From an uncultured Eubacteriaceae bacterium (lineage in GTDB: Bacteria > Bacillota > Clostridia > Eubacteriales > UBA1433), in NCBI GenBank assembly GCA_964533615.1, contig CAZHMK010000004.1, forward strand, positions 138,398 to 202,397: DNA of 64,000 nt. The letters run 5' to 3'. Positions 56,164-64,000 of the stretch are shown here, one piece after another (the stretch's first letter is position 1; each line of letters begins with the position of its first letter). A model generated the notes under the pieces. The model ran no database searches, had not been told where the DNA came from, and saw only the letters and a list, made by a program, of their open reading frames with translations. Both the position numbers and the translations under genes were made by a program.

Positions 56164-56191
56164 ATTATAATACTTGCTTAACATTTGTCAA
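56164..56191 (-). promoter_or_regulatory. Putative promoter of the phosphonate operon
   Basis: Minus strand TTGACA-N16-TATAAT, about 75 nt upstream of the pepM ATG and just downstream of the LCP-gene terminator. Confidence 0.5.
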
Positions 56192-56220
56192 TTTATCTTT
56201 ATCGTAAAAAATTTACAATA

Positions 56221-56246
56221 AAAATCAGCCTAAATAGGCTGATTTT
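56221..56246 (-). terminator. Intrinsic terminator after the LCP gene
   Basis: AAAATCAGCC-TAAATA-GGCTGATTTT, 6 nt after the 56252 stop. U tract on the minus strand. Confidence 0.65.
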
Positions 56247-56251
56247 ACTAC

Positions 56252-57676
56252 TTAGGGTGTAGTTGATGTGTCATCCTCCTCTGGTGTATCATCTGAAGGA
56301 GTATCATCTGCAGGGGTATCATCTGCGGGGGTATCGTCACTTGTAGAAGTATCATCCGTCGAAGTATCATCTTCAATGATAATATCTTCTTCATCAGTTG
56401 TATCTTCTGTATCATTATTCGTTGTAGTTCTTCTATTATCTATTCTCAGCTCTTCTTGCGTCCACTGAGATGCAGAAATACCAAAAACATCTTTAATCAA
56501 AGAAACTCTTTTAGACTGATTGATAATCCACATAGAAATACCATCTCTTGATCCATAAAAACCCGGAAATGTGTGTGTGTTTATATTATCAACATCCAAG
56601 TCTTTTACATTGGCGGCTAAAGATACCACTTGCTCAAAAGTAAAGTTCGTATAAATATCCTCTTTCAAAGACTGATAAATTGTAGGAATCGACATTAATT
56701 TATTAGATTCTTTGAATTGTTCAAACAACGCTTTCAATAATTTTTGCTGCATGGCAACTCTTTCTATATCACTGCCTGCATTTTTTCTGTCTCTTGCTAG
56801 GAAAAGAAAATTTTTGCCATTCAGAACTTGATTGCCTTTTTCTAATTTTAGTTTACCGTCTTTATACAGATTATATGGAATATCAAATTCAACCCCGCCC
56901 ATGCTGTTGACAACATCAACTACGGTATCCATATCAACACCCACATAAAAATCGATGGGCACCCCGCCAAGCAAAGCGCTGACTGTTTGCTCAAGACACT
57001 CTAATCCATTTTCAAAATCAGTGTCTTTATCACCATAAATGGCTCCATAATACATACATGCATTTATTTTGGTCCTCCCTCTGTTCCCATAGAGAGGCAC
57101 ATAAGTATCCCTGGGAATAGAAATTAAATCAACTTCTTCCGTTTCCAAATTGATACTTGCCAAAACAATCGTATCCGGCCTGTAAATACTTCCATATTTC
57201 CCGCTTTCTTCTCTGCCTTCACTTCTGTCAATACCAAAAATCAATATATTAATTGTGTTGCCGTCAAAATTCTCGGCTACATTTAATCCCTTATATACAT
57301 TGACTTTATTTAAAAATTTATCTTTCTCTCTTACCAATGAATTCGAGCCACTGTTTGCAAGCTTATTGACATACCCGAAGCCTACCACGCCTGCAATGCC
57401 CAGCAATACGATAATAGATATAAGCACCTTGAACCATCTTCTTTGAATGATGCTTTTTTTCTTATACGTATCAAATTCATCATCTGATACTTCATATTCA
57501 ACTTCCGGCATTTCCTCCACAGGTCGTATGTCCGATTGATTGTTTTTCTCCTCACTGTCAGAAATATCAGCTTGCACGTTCATTAATTGAGCATCGTCAT
57601 CACTGATCGATTGGTCATTTTCATTATTTATATCATCATTTTCATTTTCGTAATTTTTGTTATTATCGCTATCCAT
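56252..57676 (-). CDS. LytR-CpsA-Psr (LCP) family glycopolymer ligase with acidic N- and C-terminal tails
   Basis: 474 aa. Single TM helix (WFKVLISIIVLLGIAGVVGF), then the LCP core (INILIFGIDRSEGRE...DTIVLASIN...ISIPRDTYV). Confidence 0.85.
   Translation of the reverse strand: MDSDNNKNYENENDDINNENDQSISDDDAQLMNVQADISDSEEKNNQSDIRPVEEMPEVEYEVSDDEFDTYKKKSIIQRRWFKVLISIIVLLGIAGVVGFGYVNKLANSGSNSLVREKDKFLNKVNVYKGLNVAENFDGNTINILIFGIDRSEGREESGKYGSIYRPDTIVLASINLETEEVDLISIPRDTYVPLYGNRGRTKINACMYYGAIYGDKDTDFENGLECLEQTVSALLGGVPIDFYVGVDMDTVVDVVNSMGGVEFDIPYNLYKDGKLKLEKGNQVLNGKNFLFLARDRKNAGSDIERVAMQQKLLKALFEQFKESNKLMSIPTIYQSLKEDIYTNFTFEQVVSLAANVKDLDVDNINTHTFPGFYGSRDGISMWIINQSKRVSLIKDVFGISASQWTQEELRIDNRRTTTNNDTEDTTDEEDIIIEDDTSTDDTSTSDDTPADDTPADDTPSDDTPEEDDTSTTP
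56283..56342 (-). repeat. 15-bp tandem repeat x4 inside the LCP gene 3' end
   Basis: GG(T/A/G)GTATC(A/G)TC(T/A)... units at 56283, 56298, 56313 and 56328. They encode DDTP(A/S/E) pentapeptide repeats. Confidence 0.7.
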
Positions 57677-57743
57677 ACAATACTCTTCCTAATAAAATCA
57701 TTCAAATATTATAACATAAATTAATATGATTAAAATATAAATT

Positions 57744-60002
57744 TTATTTTTTGTCATTATAGTAATTAATAAGCCCTCCGGCAAGCAAGATTTCTCTTTC
57801 AGAGTCGGTTAATTCCCCTAATTTTAAATTAAGTTTACTTATATTTCCCCCGGCAATAGAATAAGACTCTACTTGATTTTTTTTATTTTTAAGTGCCGTT
57901 TTGATTTTTGGTATAAAAATCCATTCCCCAGTTTGAAATTCGTGGTTTCCCTCATAGATAAACGGCATCATTCCCCAATTGATCAAATTGGATCGATATC
58001 TCTTTGTAGCATATGCACCGGCGATATTAGCCCCTGCGCCAAGTACCCTTTGGCATGATGCAGCTTGTTCTCTTGCTGAGCCGTCTCCTGGTCTTACAGC
58101 AAAAATTGCACTTGAGATCTGGACATTTTTTATATCATTCATATCATAATCAAGCTCTTTTTTTACTATTTCGGCTAAATCTTTTATTTCTTCATCAATC
58201 GTGCCGTTTTGTCTCATTTCTTCAATATTTCTTACATCTTTTGCATTTTGTACATACTTACTGTCTTTACGTGAAAGTGTAAACTCCGCTAATCTCAACG
58301 GATTAGAACGATAAGAAGACGTCTCTCCCGATGGGATCAATTCATCTGTCGTTGTAACGGGATCCATGATTACGGAAACCACTTTTATAAGCACGTCTTC
58401 AGCCAGTCTTGGAAGAGGCGGCCATGGCGTAATATTGGGTCCAAAAACCAATTCTTCATCTTTATGTGATTTACGCCACCCGTTGTAGACCCTGTTTTTA
58501 TAGATTGTATCATTGTATTTATATTCTAATTGACTATACGTAATATCTGTTTCATCTGCCCCGGTCAGTATTCCTTTGTTAGCGGCTGTTGCAGCAATAC
58601 TTCTTGCATCCATCAACGCAACTGATGCGATTTGTCCGTCTGCAGGCTTGCTTCCTTCTCTATTCGGGAAATTTCTTGTTGTATGTCTTATGGATATCCC
58701 TTGATTATTAGGCACATCTCCTGCGCCAAAACACGGTCCGCAAAAAGCACTTCTAATAGTTGCTCCCGTAAGCATAAGCTTATTGATAACGCCTTTTTGC
58801 GTTAAATCATACATAATGGGCTGGCTAGATGGGTAGACACTTAAAGAAAACGCATCGCTTCCAATATATTTCTCATTTAGTATATCTGCCGCCGCAACAA
58901 TATTTTCAAACATACCTCCGGCACATCCTGCAATGACTGCCTGAGAGCACGCAAAGCCTTTTGACGTTATTTTATCTCGAAGTAAGAAATCAATGTCTCC
59001 TCCAAGCTGATGCCTTCCTTCTTTTTCTATAATATTTAAAATATCTTCCGCATTTTCTTTAAATTCCTGAATGCTATATACGTTTGAAGGATGAAAGGGC
59101 AGTGCTATATTGGGCTTGATCTTGGATAAATCAACGATAAGACAGTTATCATAATAAGCAACATCTTTAGGCTGCAACTGCCTATAATCGCCTTGTCTGT
59201 TATGAACTGAAAGATACTGTTTTACCTTCTCATCCGTTTTCCAAACAGAGCTCAGACACGTTGTTTCAGTGGTCATCACATCTATGCCCATACGATATTC
59301 CACGCTGAGCGCATCTACTCCATCTCCAACAAATTCCATAATTTTGTTTTTGACAAATCCATTTGCAAAAGTTGCTTTAATGATTTCTAATGCAACATCT
59401 TGCGGGCCTACTCCATAAGAAGGCCTGCCTGTCAGATATACACAAACAACCTGCGGGTAATTTATATCATATGTTTTTTTCAAGAGTTGCTTGACCAGTT
59501 CAGGTCCGCCTTCGCCTATGGCAATCGTACCCAATGCTCCATATCTCGTGTGACTGTCTGAACCCAGTATCATCTTGCCGCCGCCCGCAAATACTTCTCT
59601 CATATATTGATGAATAACTGCCAGATGCGGCGGCACAAAAATACCACCATATTTTTTCGCGGCACTCAGGCCAAAAATATGGTCGTCTTCATTGATGGTG
59701 CCTCCAACTGCGCATAAGCTATTATGACAGTTGGTAAGCACATACGGCAATTCAAATTCTCTCATACCGCTGGCTCTGGCTGTTTGAATAATCCCCACAT
59801 ATGTGATATCGTGGGATGCCAGTGCATCAAAAGAGATACGCAGTTTTTGCATATTATTATTTTGGTTGTGAGATTTTAATATATTATAGGTGATTGTATT
59901 TTCTTTTGCAGTTTGTAAGTTATACTTTTTTGTATGTGATTGGCTTTCTGAAATGACTTGATCATGATCCAAAAAAACGCCTTGGCTGTATAGCTTAATC
60001 AT
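57744..60002 (-). CDS. Aconitase-family hydratase (aconitate hydratase-like)
   Basis: 752 aa. Fe-S ligand regions GSDSHT and CGPCFG, plus the RNFPNREG motif. Substrate specificity (aconitate vs homologs) is not resolvable here. Confidence 0.8.
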   Translation of the reverse strand: MIKLYSQGVFLDHDQVISESQSHTKKYNLQTAKENTITYNILKSHNQNNNMQKLRISFDALASHDITYVGIIQTARASGMREFELPYVLTNCHNSLCAVGGTINEDDHIFGLSAAKKYGGIFVPPHLAVIHQYMREVFAGGGKMILGSDSHTRYGALGTIAIGEGGPELVKQLLKKTYDINYPQVVCVYLTGRPSYGVGPQDVALEIIKATFANGFVKNKIMEFVGDGVDALSVEYRMGIDVMTTETTCLSSVWKTDEKVKQYLSVHNRQGDYRQLQPKDVAYYDNCLIVDLSKIKPNIALPFHPSNVYSIQEFKENAEDILNIIEKEGRHQLGGDIDFLLRDKITSKGFACSQAVIAGCAGGMFENIVAAADILNEKYIGSDAFSLSVYPSSQPIMYDLTQKGVINKLMLTGATIRSAFCGPCFGAGDVPNNQGISIRHTTRNFPNREGSKPADGQIASVALMDARSIAATAANKGILTGADETDITYSQLEYKYNDTIYKNRVYNGWRKSHKDEELVFGPNITPWPPLPRLAEDVLIKVVSVIMDPVTTTDELIPSGETSSYRSNPLRLAEFTLSRKDSKYVQNAKDVRNIEEMRQNGTIDEEIKDLAEIVKKELDYDMNDIKNVQISSAIFAVRPGDGSAREQAASCQRVLGAGANIAGAYATKRYRSNLINWGMMPFIYEGNHEFQTGEWIFIPKIKTALKNKKNQVESYSIAGGNISKLNLKLGELTDSEREILLAGGLINYYNDKK

Positions 60003-60177
60003 AGATACTCCTTTATGCAGACAAAATATATAGCAATATTATCACAAAATGCTGAAATTGAAAAGTATCTCTTAAAATGTATATAAGATGCGAGCAAATA
60101 TCTTTACATTTTCATTTATAAAAACTATAATAAAAACAGCCACCACTCCAGAGTTTTTATTTGAAAGGATTTACACA

Positions 60178-60987
60178 ATGTTCAAAAAAAGAAGTGATGG
60201 TAAATATATTACTTTGCCTGATCCGTTTTTCCGCGTTATCCCTCATATAATGCCTACCAGAACGGAATCTCAGGTTTTATATCAACATGAATTTGATGCA
60301 TATCCTTTGACGGAATATATAAGAGAAAAACGTCAGAGAGAGCATGTAGACATATCTTTTTTATCATTGTTTATTGCATGTTATGTGCATACGATTCACG
60401 AAAATCCTCAGTTAAACCGTTTTATTGTAAACAGACGAATTTATATGAGAGATGACATTAGTATTGCATTTACTATTAAAAAGCGGCTGGATCTTCACAG
60501 CGATGAATCGACTATAAAAATTAGTTTTAGTGGAAATGAAAATATCTATGACATACAAAAAATCGTGCAGGAAGAAGTCAGTAAAGCTACAAAAAATAAC
60601 AATGATAACCAATCGGAAGCATTGGCAAATTTTTTTAATAAATTACCGAATTTTCTTATTCGAATGGGTGTCGGCTTTTGTAGATTCGCAGATAATCACA
60701 ACTTTCTTCCAAAAAGCATCATAAATGCCAGCCCATTTCATGTAAGTATGTATATCACCTATTTAAAATCAATAAAACTTGATCGCGTGTATCACCATTT
60801 ATATAATTTTGGCACATGCAGTCTTTTCGCAGGGATTGGCAAAACAACGCAAAGATCATCCGAAGGTGCCAAAACAATATCGATCGGATACACGATTGAT
60901 GAGCGAATATGTGACGGGTATACAATGTCCAGGGCATTCAAAACAATCGAGAAACTATTGAAAAATCCAAAACTTTTAGACTCTTAA
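60178..60987 (+). CDS. CAT/E2-like acyltransferase catalytic-domain protein
   Basis: About 269 aa from MFKKRSDG (GAAAGGA RBS). DERICDG resembles the DHRxxDG active-site motif of 2-oxoacid dehydrogenase E2/CAT-fold acyltransferases. Confidence 0.55.
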   Translation: MFKKRSDGKYITLPDPFFRVIPHIMPTRTESQVLYQHEFDAYPLTEYIREKRQREHVDISFLSLFIACYVHTIHENPQLNRFIVNRRIYMRDDISIAFTIKKRLDLHSDESTIKISFSGNENIYDIQKIVQEEVSKATKNNNDNQSEALANFFNKLPNFLIRMGVGFCRFADNHNFLPKSIINASPFHVSMYITYLKSIKLDRVYHHLYNFGTCSLFAGIGKTTQRSSEGAKTISIGYTIDERICDGYTMSRAFKTIEKLLKNPKLLDS

Positions 60988-61008
60988 AAATAGATTTAGC
61001 AATGCAAT

Positions 61009-61043
61009 AAAAATAAGCGGCATTATGATGCCGCTTATTTTTT
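61009..61043. terminator. Bidirectional intrinsic terminator
   Basis: AAAATAAGCGGCAT-TATG-ATGCCGCTTATTTT between convergent genes. Confidence 0.7.
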
Positions 61044-61048
61044 AACTT

Positions 61049-62185
61049 CTAATAAATCATCCAAGGCATAGGATCTACCGCAGAGCCGTTGACTCGCACT
61101 TCAAAATGAAGATGCGGCCCCGTCGATACACCGGTTGTTCCCACATAAGCAATGATTTCACCCGCAGCAACAACATCCCCCTTGCTTACTTTCAAGGAAC
61201 TGCAATGTCCAAATAGCATCGTCACCCCTTCACCCATATCAACAATTACGGTATATCCGTATCCGCCGTAGTAACGGGCTAAAATAACAACGCCGCTGCC
61301 GGGAGAAATAATCTTTGATCTATTGGCCGCTCCGATATCCACCCCTGAATGAAATTTTCTGTATCCATATACCGGGTGGATTCTATAGCCAAACGAGCTT
61401 GTAATCTTTTTATATCCGGGTGTCGGCCACAAATAATGCCCTTTTTCGTTGCCGTAATCCACATCTTTGCCAACCGATTCCTCGATAATCAGCTTTTGAA
61501 CAGCTTTTGCATCGGCTTGCTGCTGATCGAGCACCGCCTCAAGAGAATCCTTATTGTTGTACATTTCATCCATCAGCTTCTGCTTTTCTTCTCTGATGCT
61601 CACCTGCGTATCGTATGTATTTTGAATCTGGCCCTTATAGTCTTCAAGTGCCTGTTTATCTTCTTCTATTTTTTGTTTTTTGGCCGCTATTTCGTTTTCA
61701 ATCCTAAGCAGCTCATCGAAGGTGTTTTTATCAAAATTTGTGAGTGCTTGAATAGCATCGATTCTGCTGATTAGATCTGAAATACTTTCGGCGGAAAAAA
61801 GAATCTGCACATAGTCCACACTGCCGTACATGTACATGGTCTTAATTCTTTCATCAGCTACTTTTTTATGCTCAATCCGCTCATTTTCAGCAGCTTCCAG
61901 TTCTTTTTTTGTTTTTGCCAAATTATCTTCCGTCACTTTTATTTCGCCGTTAATACGGCTAATTTCATTTTCTAATTCATCAATTGTTTTATCAAGCTTA
62001 TTTGTCTGATCAACAAGCGCATTGATATTATCTTTGAGTCCATCGATATCATCTTGCGTGAGCGAGATTTCTTCATTGATTCTTTTCAGCTTTTCTTGAT
62101 TGGTCTCTGCCTTTACATGAGCTGAAGACGAAAATACCATAACCAAAATAATAAAAATATAGAGGATTTTTGATTTTGTTTTCAT
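61049..62185 (-). CDS. M23 (LytM) peptidase with N-terminal coiled coil (EnvC-like FtsEX partner)
   Basis: 378 aa. Signal peptide, about 230 aa of heptad-rich coiled coil, and a C-terminal M23 domain with intact HxxxD (HSGVD) and HxH (HLH) metal ligands. Confidence 0.85.
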   Translation of the reverse strand: MKTKSKILYIFIILVMVFSSSAHVKAETNQEKLKRINEEISLTQDDIDGLKDNINALVDQTNKLDKTIDELENEISRINGEIKVTEDNLAKTKKELEAAENERIEHKKVADERIKTMYMYGSVDYVQILFSAESISDLISRIDAIQALTNFDKNTFDELLRIENEIAAKKQKIEEDKQALEDYKGQIQNTYDTQVSIREEKQKLMDEMYNNKDSLEAVLDQQQADAKAVQKLIIEESVGKDVDYGNEKGHYLWPTPGYKKITSSFGYRIHPVYGYRKFHSGVDIGAANRSKIISPGSGVVILARYYGGYGYTVIVDMGEGVTMLFGHCSSLKVSKGDVVAAGEIIAYVGTTGVSTGPHLHFEVRVNGSAVDPMPWMIY

Positions 62186-62194
62186 TACACTTTA

Positions 62195-63097
62195 TTACCC
62201 CGCTGTTCGTAAAAATTTACTTACAGAGATCAGGCTTCCTGCCGCTCCTATAATAAAACCATAAAGGATAAAATAAATGGCAATTTGATAGATAACCGTA
62301 TTGAAAGGTGCCAGTGAAGCGCTGAGCGGTAACACCGAACTAAACTGCATCATTCCTATAACGAGAGTATATCCTCCTCGAAGCAAAAGCACGGCGGCAA
62401 TTGCTCCTATGAGTCCTAAAACACTGCCTTCGATAATAAAAGGCATTTTAATAAATGTGCTGCTTGCTCCCACGTATTTCATAATTTCTACATCATTGCG
62501 TCTTGCATAGATTGTTAATTTAATTGTGTTATATATCGTAAATAAACTAACTATGCTCAATATCAGCACCACGATCAGGCTGATCATATTAATTAATTTA
62601 TTAAATTTCAGTAACACCGAAACATATTCTTTTCCATAAACGACATCAGTTACCCCATCGTATTCCATAATAATGTTATATACGTCGTCCAAATAGGCGG
62701 CATCGTCCACTTTTAATACAAATGATCGAGGAAGCGGATTACCGCTCTCAGCGTATCCTTTTAATAATTCTTCCTCGTTTCCGCTGAACCACGATGCAAA
62801 TTCTTCCAACGCTTCTTCTTTTGATATGTATGCGATTTGCGTTATATGCTCATTATCTTGTATATAATCATGGATTTCGCTGACGCGCTGTTCGGCTATG
62901 TCATCGCTTAAATAGACTTTCATCTCCAGGTTGCTTTCCACTTCGCTTGCAATATAAGAAACATTGATAGCGATCACCAGGACAATCCCCATGATAATGA
63001 GTGCAGCGACAACAGAAGCAATAGAGGCCGTACTCATGAGCATATTGCGTTTTATATTATAATAAGCATCCCGAAAGAAATTAAAAAACATTCTCAA
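62195..63097 (-). CDS. ftsX: Cell division permease-like protein FtsX
   Basis: 300 aa. One TM helix, a large extracellular loop, then 3 TM helices. 4-bp overlap with ftsE. Confidence 0.9.
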   Translation of the reverse strand: MRMFFNFFRDAYYNIKRNMLMSTASIASVVAALIIMGIVLVIAINVSYIASEVESNLEMKVYLSDDIAEQRVSEIHDYIQDNEHITQIAYISKEEALEEFASWFSGNEEELLKGYAESGNPLPRSFVLKVDDAAYLDDVYNIIMEYDGVTDVVYGKEYVSVLLKFNKLINMISLIVVLILSIVSLFTIYNTIKLTIYARRNDVEIMKYVGASSTFIKMPFIIEGSVLGLIGAIAAVLLLRGGYTLVIGMMQFSSVLPLSASLAPFNTVIYQIAIYFILYGFIIGAAGSLISVSKFLRTAG

Positions 63098-63774
63098 TAG
63101 AAATACCCTCCTTGTCTATCTCCTTTTAATATCCCGTTTTCCAGTATAATCACTCGTTTATTAAAAAGATCCACGACTTGTTTGTCATGTGTGGCCATCA
63201 CAATAGTTGTCCCCAGCGTATTAATGTTTTCAAGTAATTTCATGATTCCAAAAGATGTTCTCGGGTCTAAATTGCCTGTCGGCTCATCACAGATCAATAT
63301 TTCCGGCCCGTTAATGATCGCACGGGCAATCGCCACTCGCTGTCGCTCACCACCAGACATTGTAATAGGATATCTGGCAGCCATACCGCTAAGCCCTACG
63401 ATTTCTAAGACATGGCTCACCCTTTTTCTGATTGTTTTAGCATCTCTTTTCAATACTTCCATAGCAAATGCAACATTTTCATAAACGGTTTTGCCTTCCA
63501 AAAGTTTAAAATCCTGAAAAACAACACCCATTCTTCTTCGCAGATGCTGTATATCGCCACGCTTTAATCTGCTTGCATCTACATCGTTTAAAAATACTGT
63601 TCCGCCTGACGGGTCTATATCTTTTAAAATAAGTTTTAAAAAAGTACTTTTGCCTGCTCCGCTCGCTCCAACCAAAAACACAAATTCGCTCGTTTGAATA
63701 TGTATATTGATATCTTTTAGAGCATAGTTCTCATTTTCTTCATAAACCTTTGATACATTGTCAAATCTAATCAT
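63094..63774 (-). CDS. ftsE: Cell division ATP-binding protein FtsE
   Basis: MIRFDNVSKVY, Walker A GASGAGKST, signature MSGGERQR, Walker B ILICDEPTGNLD. The ATG at 63774 is preferred over the GTG at 63783. Confidence 0.95.
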   Translation of the reverse strand: MIRFDNVSKVYEENENYALKDINIHIQTSEFVFLVGASGAGKSTFLKLILKDIDPSGGTVFLNDVDASRLKRGDIQHLRRRMGVVFQDFKLLEGKTVYENVAFAMEVLKRDAKTIRKRVSHVLEIVGLSGMAARYPITMSGGERQRVAIARAIINGPEILICDEPTGNLDPRTSFGIMKLLENINTLGTTIVMATHDKQVVDLFNKRVIILENGILKGDRQGGYFY

Positions 63775-63807
63775 TCTATTCACCGATTTTTTATAAAAAT
63801 TGTAGGT

Positions 63808-64000
63808 TTATTGTTTTAATGTATTTAATAAATCCATTGTTGTCTTATCGATTTCGCCTGTCTGTTCCAGTTGATTATCTTTTTGAAATTCAATAATAGC
63901 CAGACGCGTTTTTTCACCAAAATCCCCATCGGCTGCTCCGGTTAAATAATCATTATCAATTAAAATCTGCTGCAGCTCTTTAATGACACTGCCCTTTTTC
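63808..64000 (-). CDS. C-terminal peptidoglycan-binding (PG_binding_1-like) domain of a protein starting beyond the window
   Basis: Own translation: ...KGSVIKELQQILIDNDYLTGAADGDFGEKTRLAIIEFQKDNQLEQTGEIDKTTMDLLNTLKQ*. This is the G.V..LQ..L......DG.FG..T..A...FQ pattern. Confidence 0.6.
   Translation of the reverse strand, partial: KKGSVIKELQQILIDNDYLTGAADGDFGEKTRLAIIEFQKDNQLEQTGEIDKTTMDLLNTLKQ

Noticed and set aside
1-64000. Mobile elements, prophage, toxin-antitoxin, restriction-modification or other defence systems besides CRISPR-Cas
   Set aside because: No transposase, integrase, recombinase, phage structural, methyltransferase or toxin-like ORF was recognisable. No terminal inverted repeats or tRNA attachment sites were seen.

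Overview
Low-GC Firmicutes (Clostridia-like) chromosomal window with about 65 protein genes, mostly housekeeping. It contains two A+T-rich accessory islands (judged by eye, not computed). (1) A complete type II-A CRISPR-Cas locus on the minus strand at 8679-14647: compact 1094-aa cas9, a tracrRNA between cas9 and cas1, cas1, cas2, a 288-aa csn2-like gene, and a 7-repeat/6-spacer array. It sits between an AEC transporter gene and an Ldh2/2-oxoacid:ferredoxin oxidoreductase/CoA-transferase cluster. (2) A cell-envelope phosphonate decoration operon at 48073-56191, minus strand: cytidylyltransferase-PEP mutase fusion, phosphonopyruvate decarboxylase, nucleotidyltransferase-Fe-alcohol-dehydrogenase fusion, three LicD domains and a GT2, next to an LCP ligase. 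No aminotransferase is present, which suggests a 2-hydroxyethylphosphonate head group. Other content: an arsR-led ars-like operon lacking arsB/acr3; a TPP riboswitch upstream of thiW; queH; the conserved ylxM-ffh-rpsP-rimM-trmD-rplS-lepB-rbgA block ending in an rnhB-yraN fusion ORF; proS, corA, ilvE, glnA, rex, an ABC-F protein, an aconitase-family gene and ftsEX with an M23 peptidase. I saw no rRNA or tRNA genes, transposases or integrases. All family calls come from reading motifs in the translations. No database search was run.
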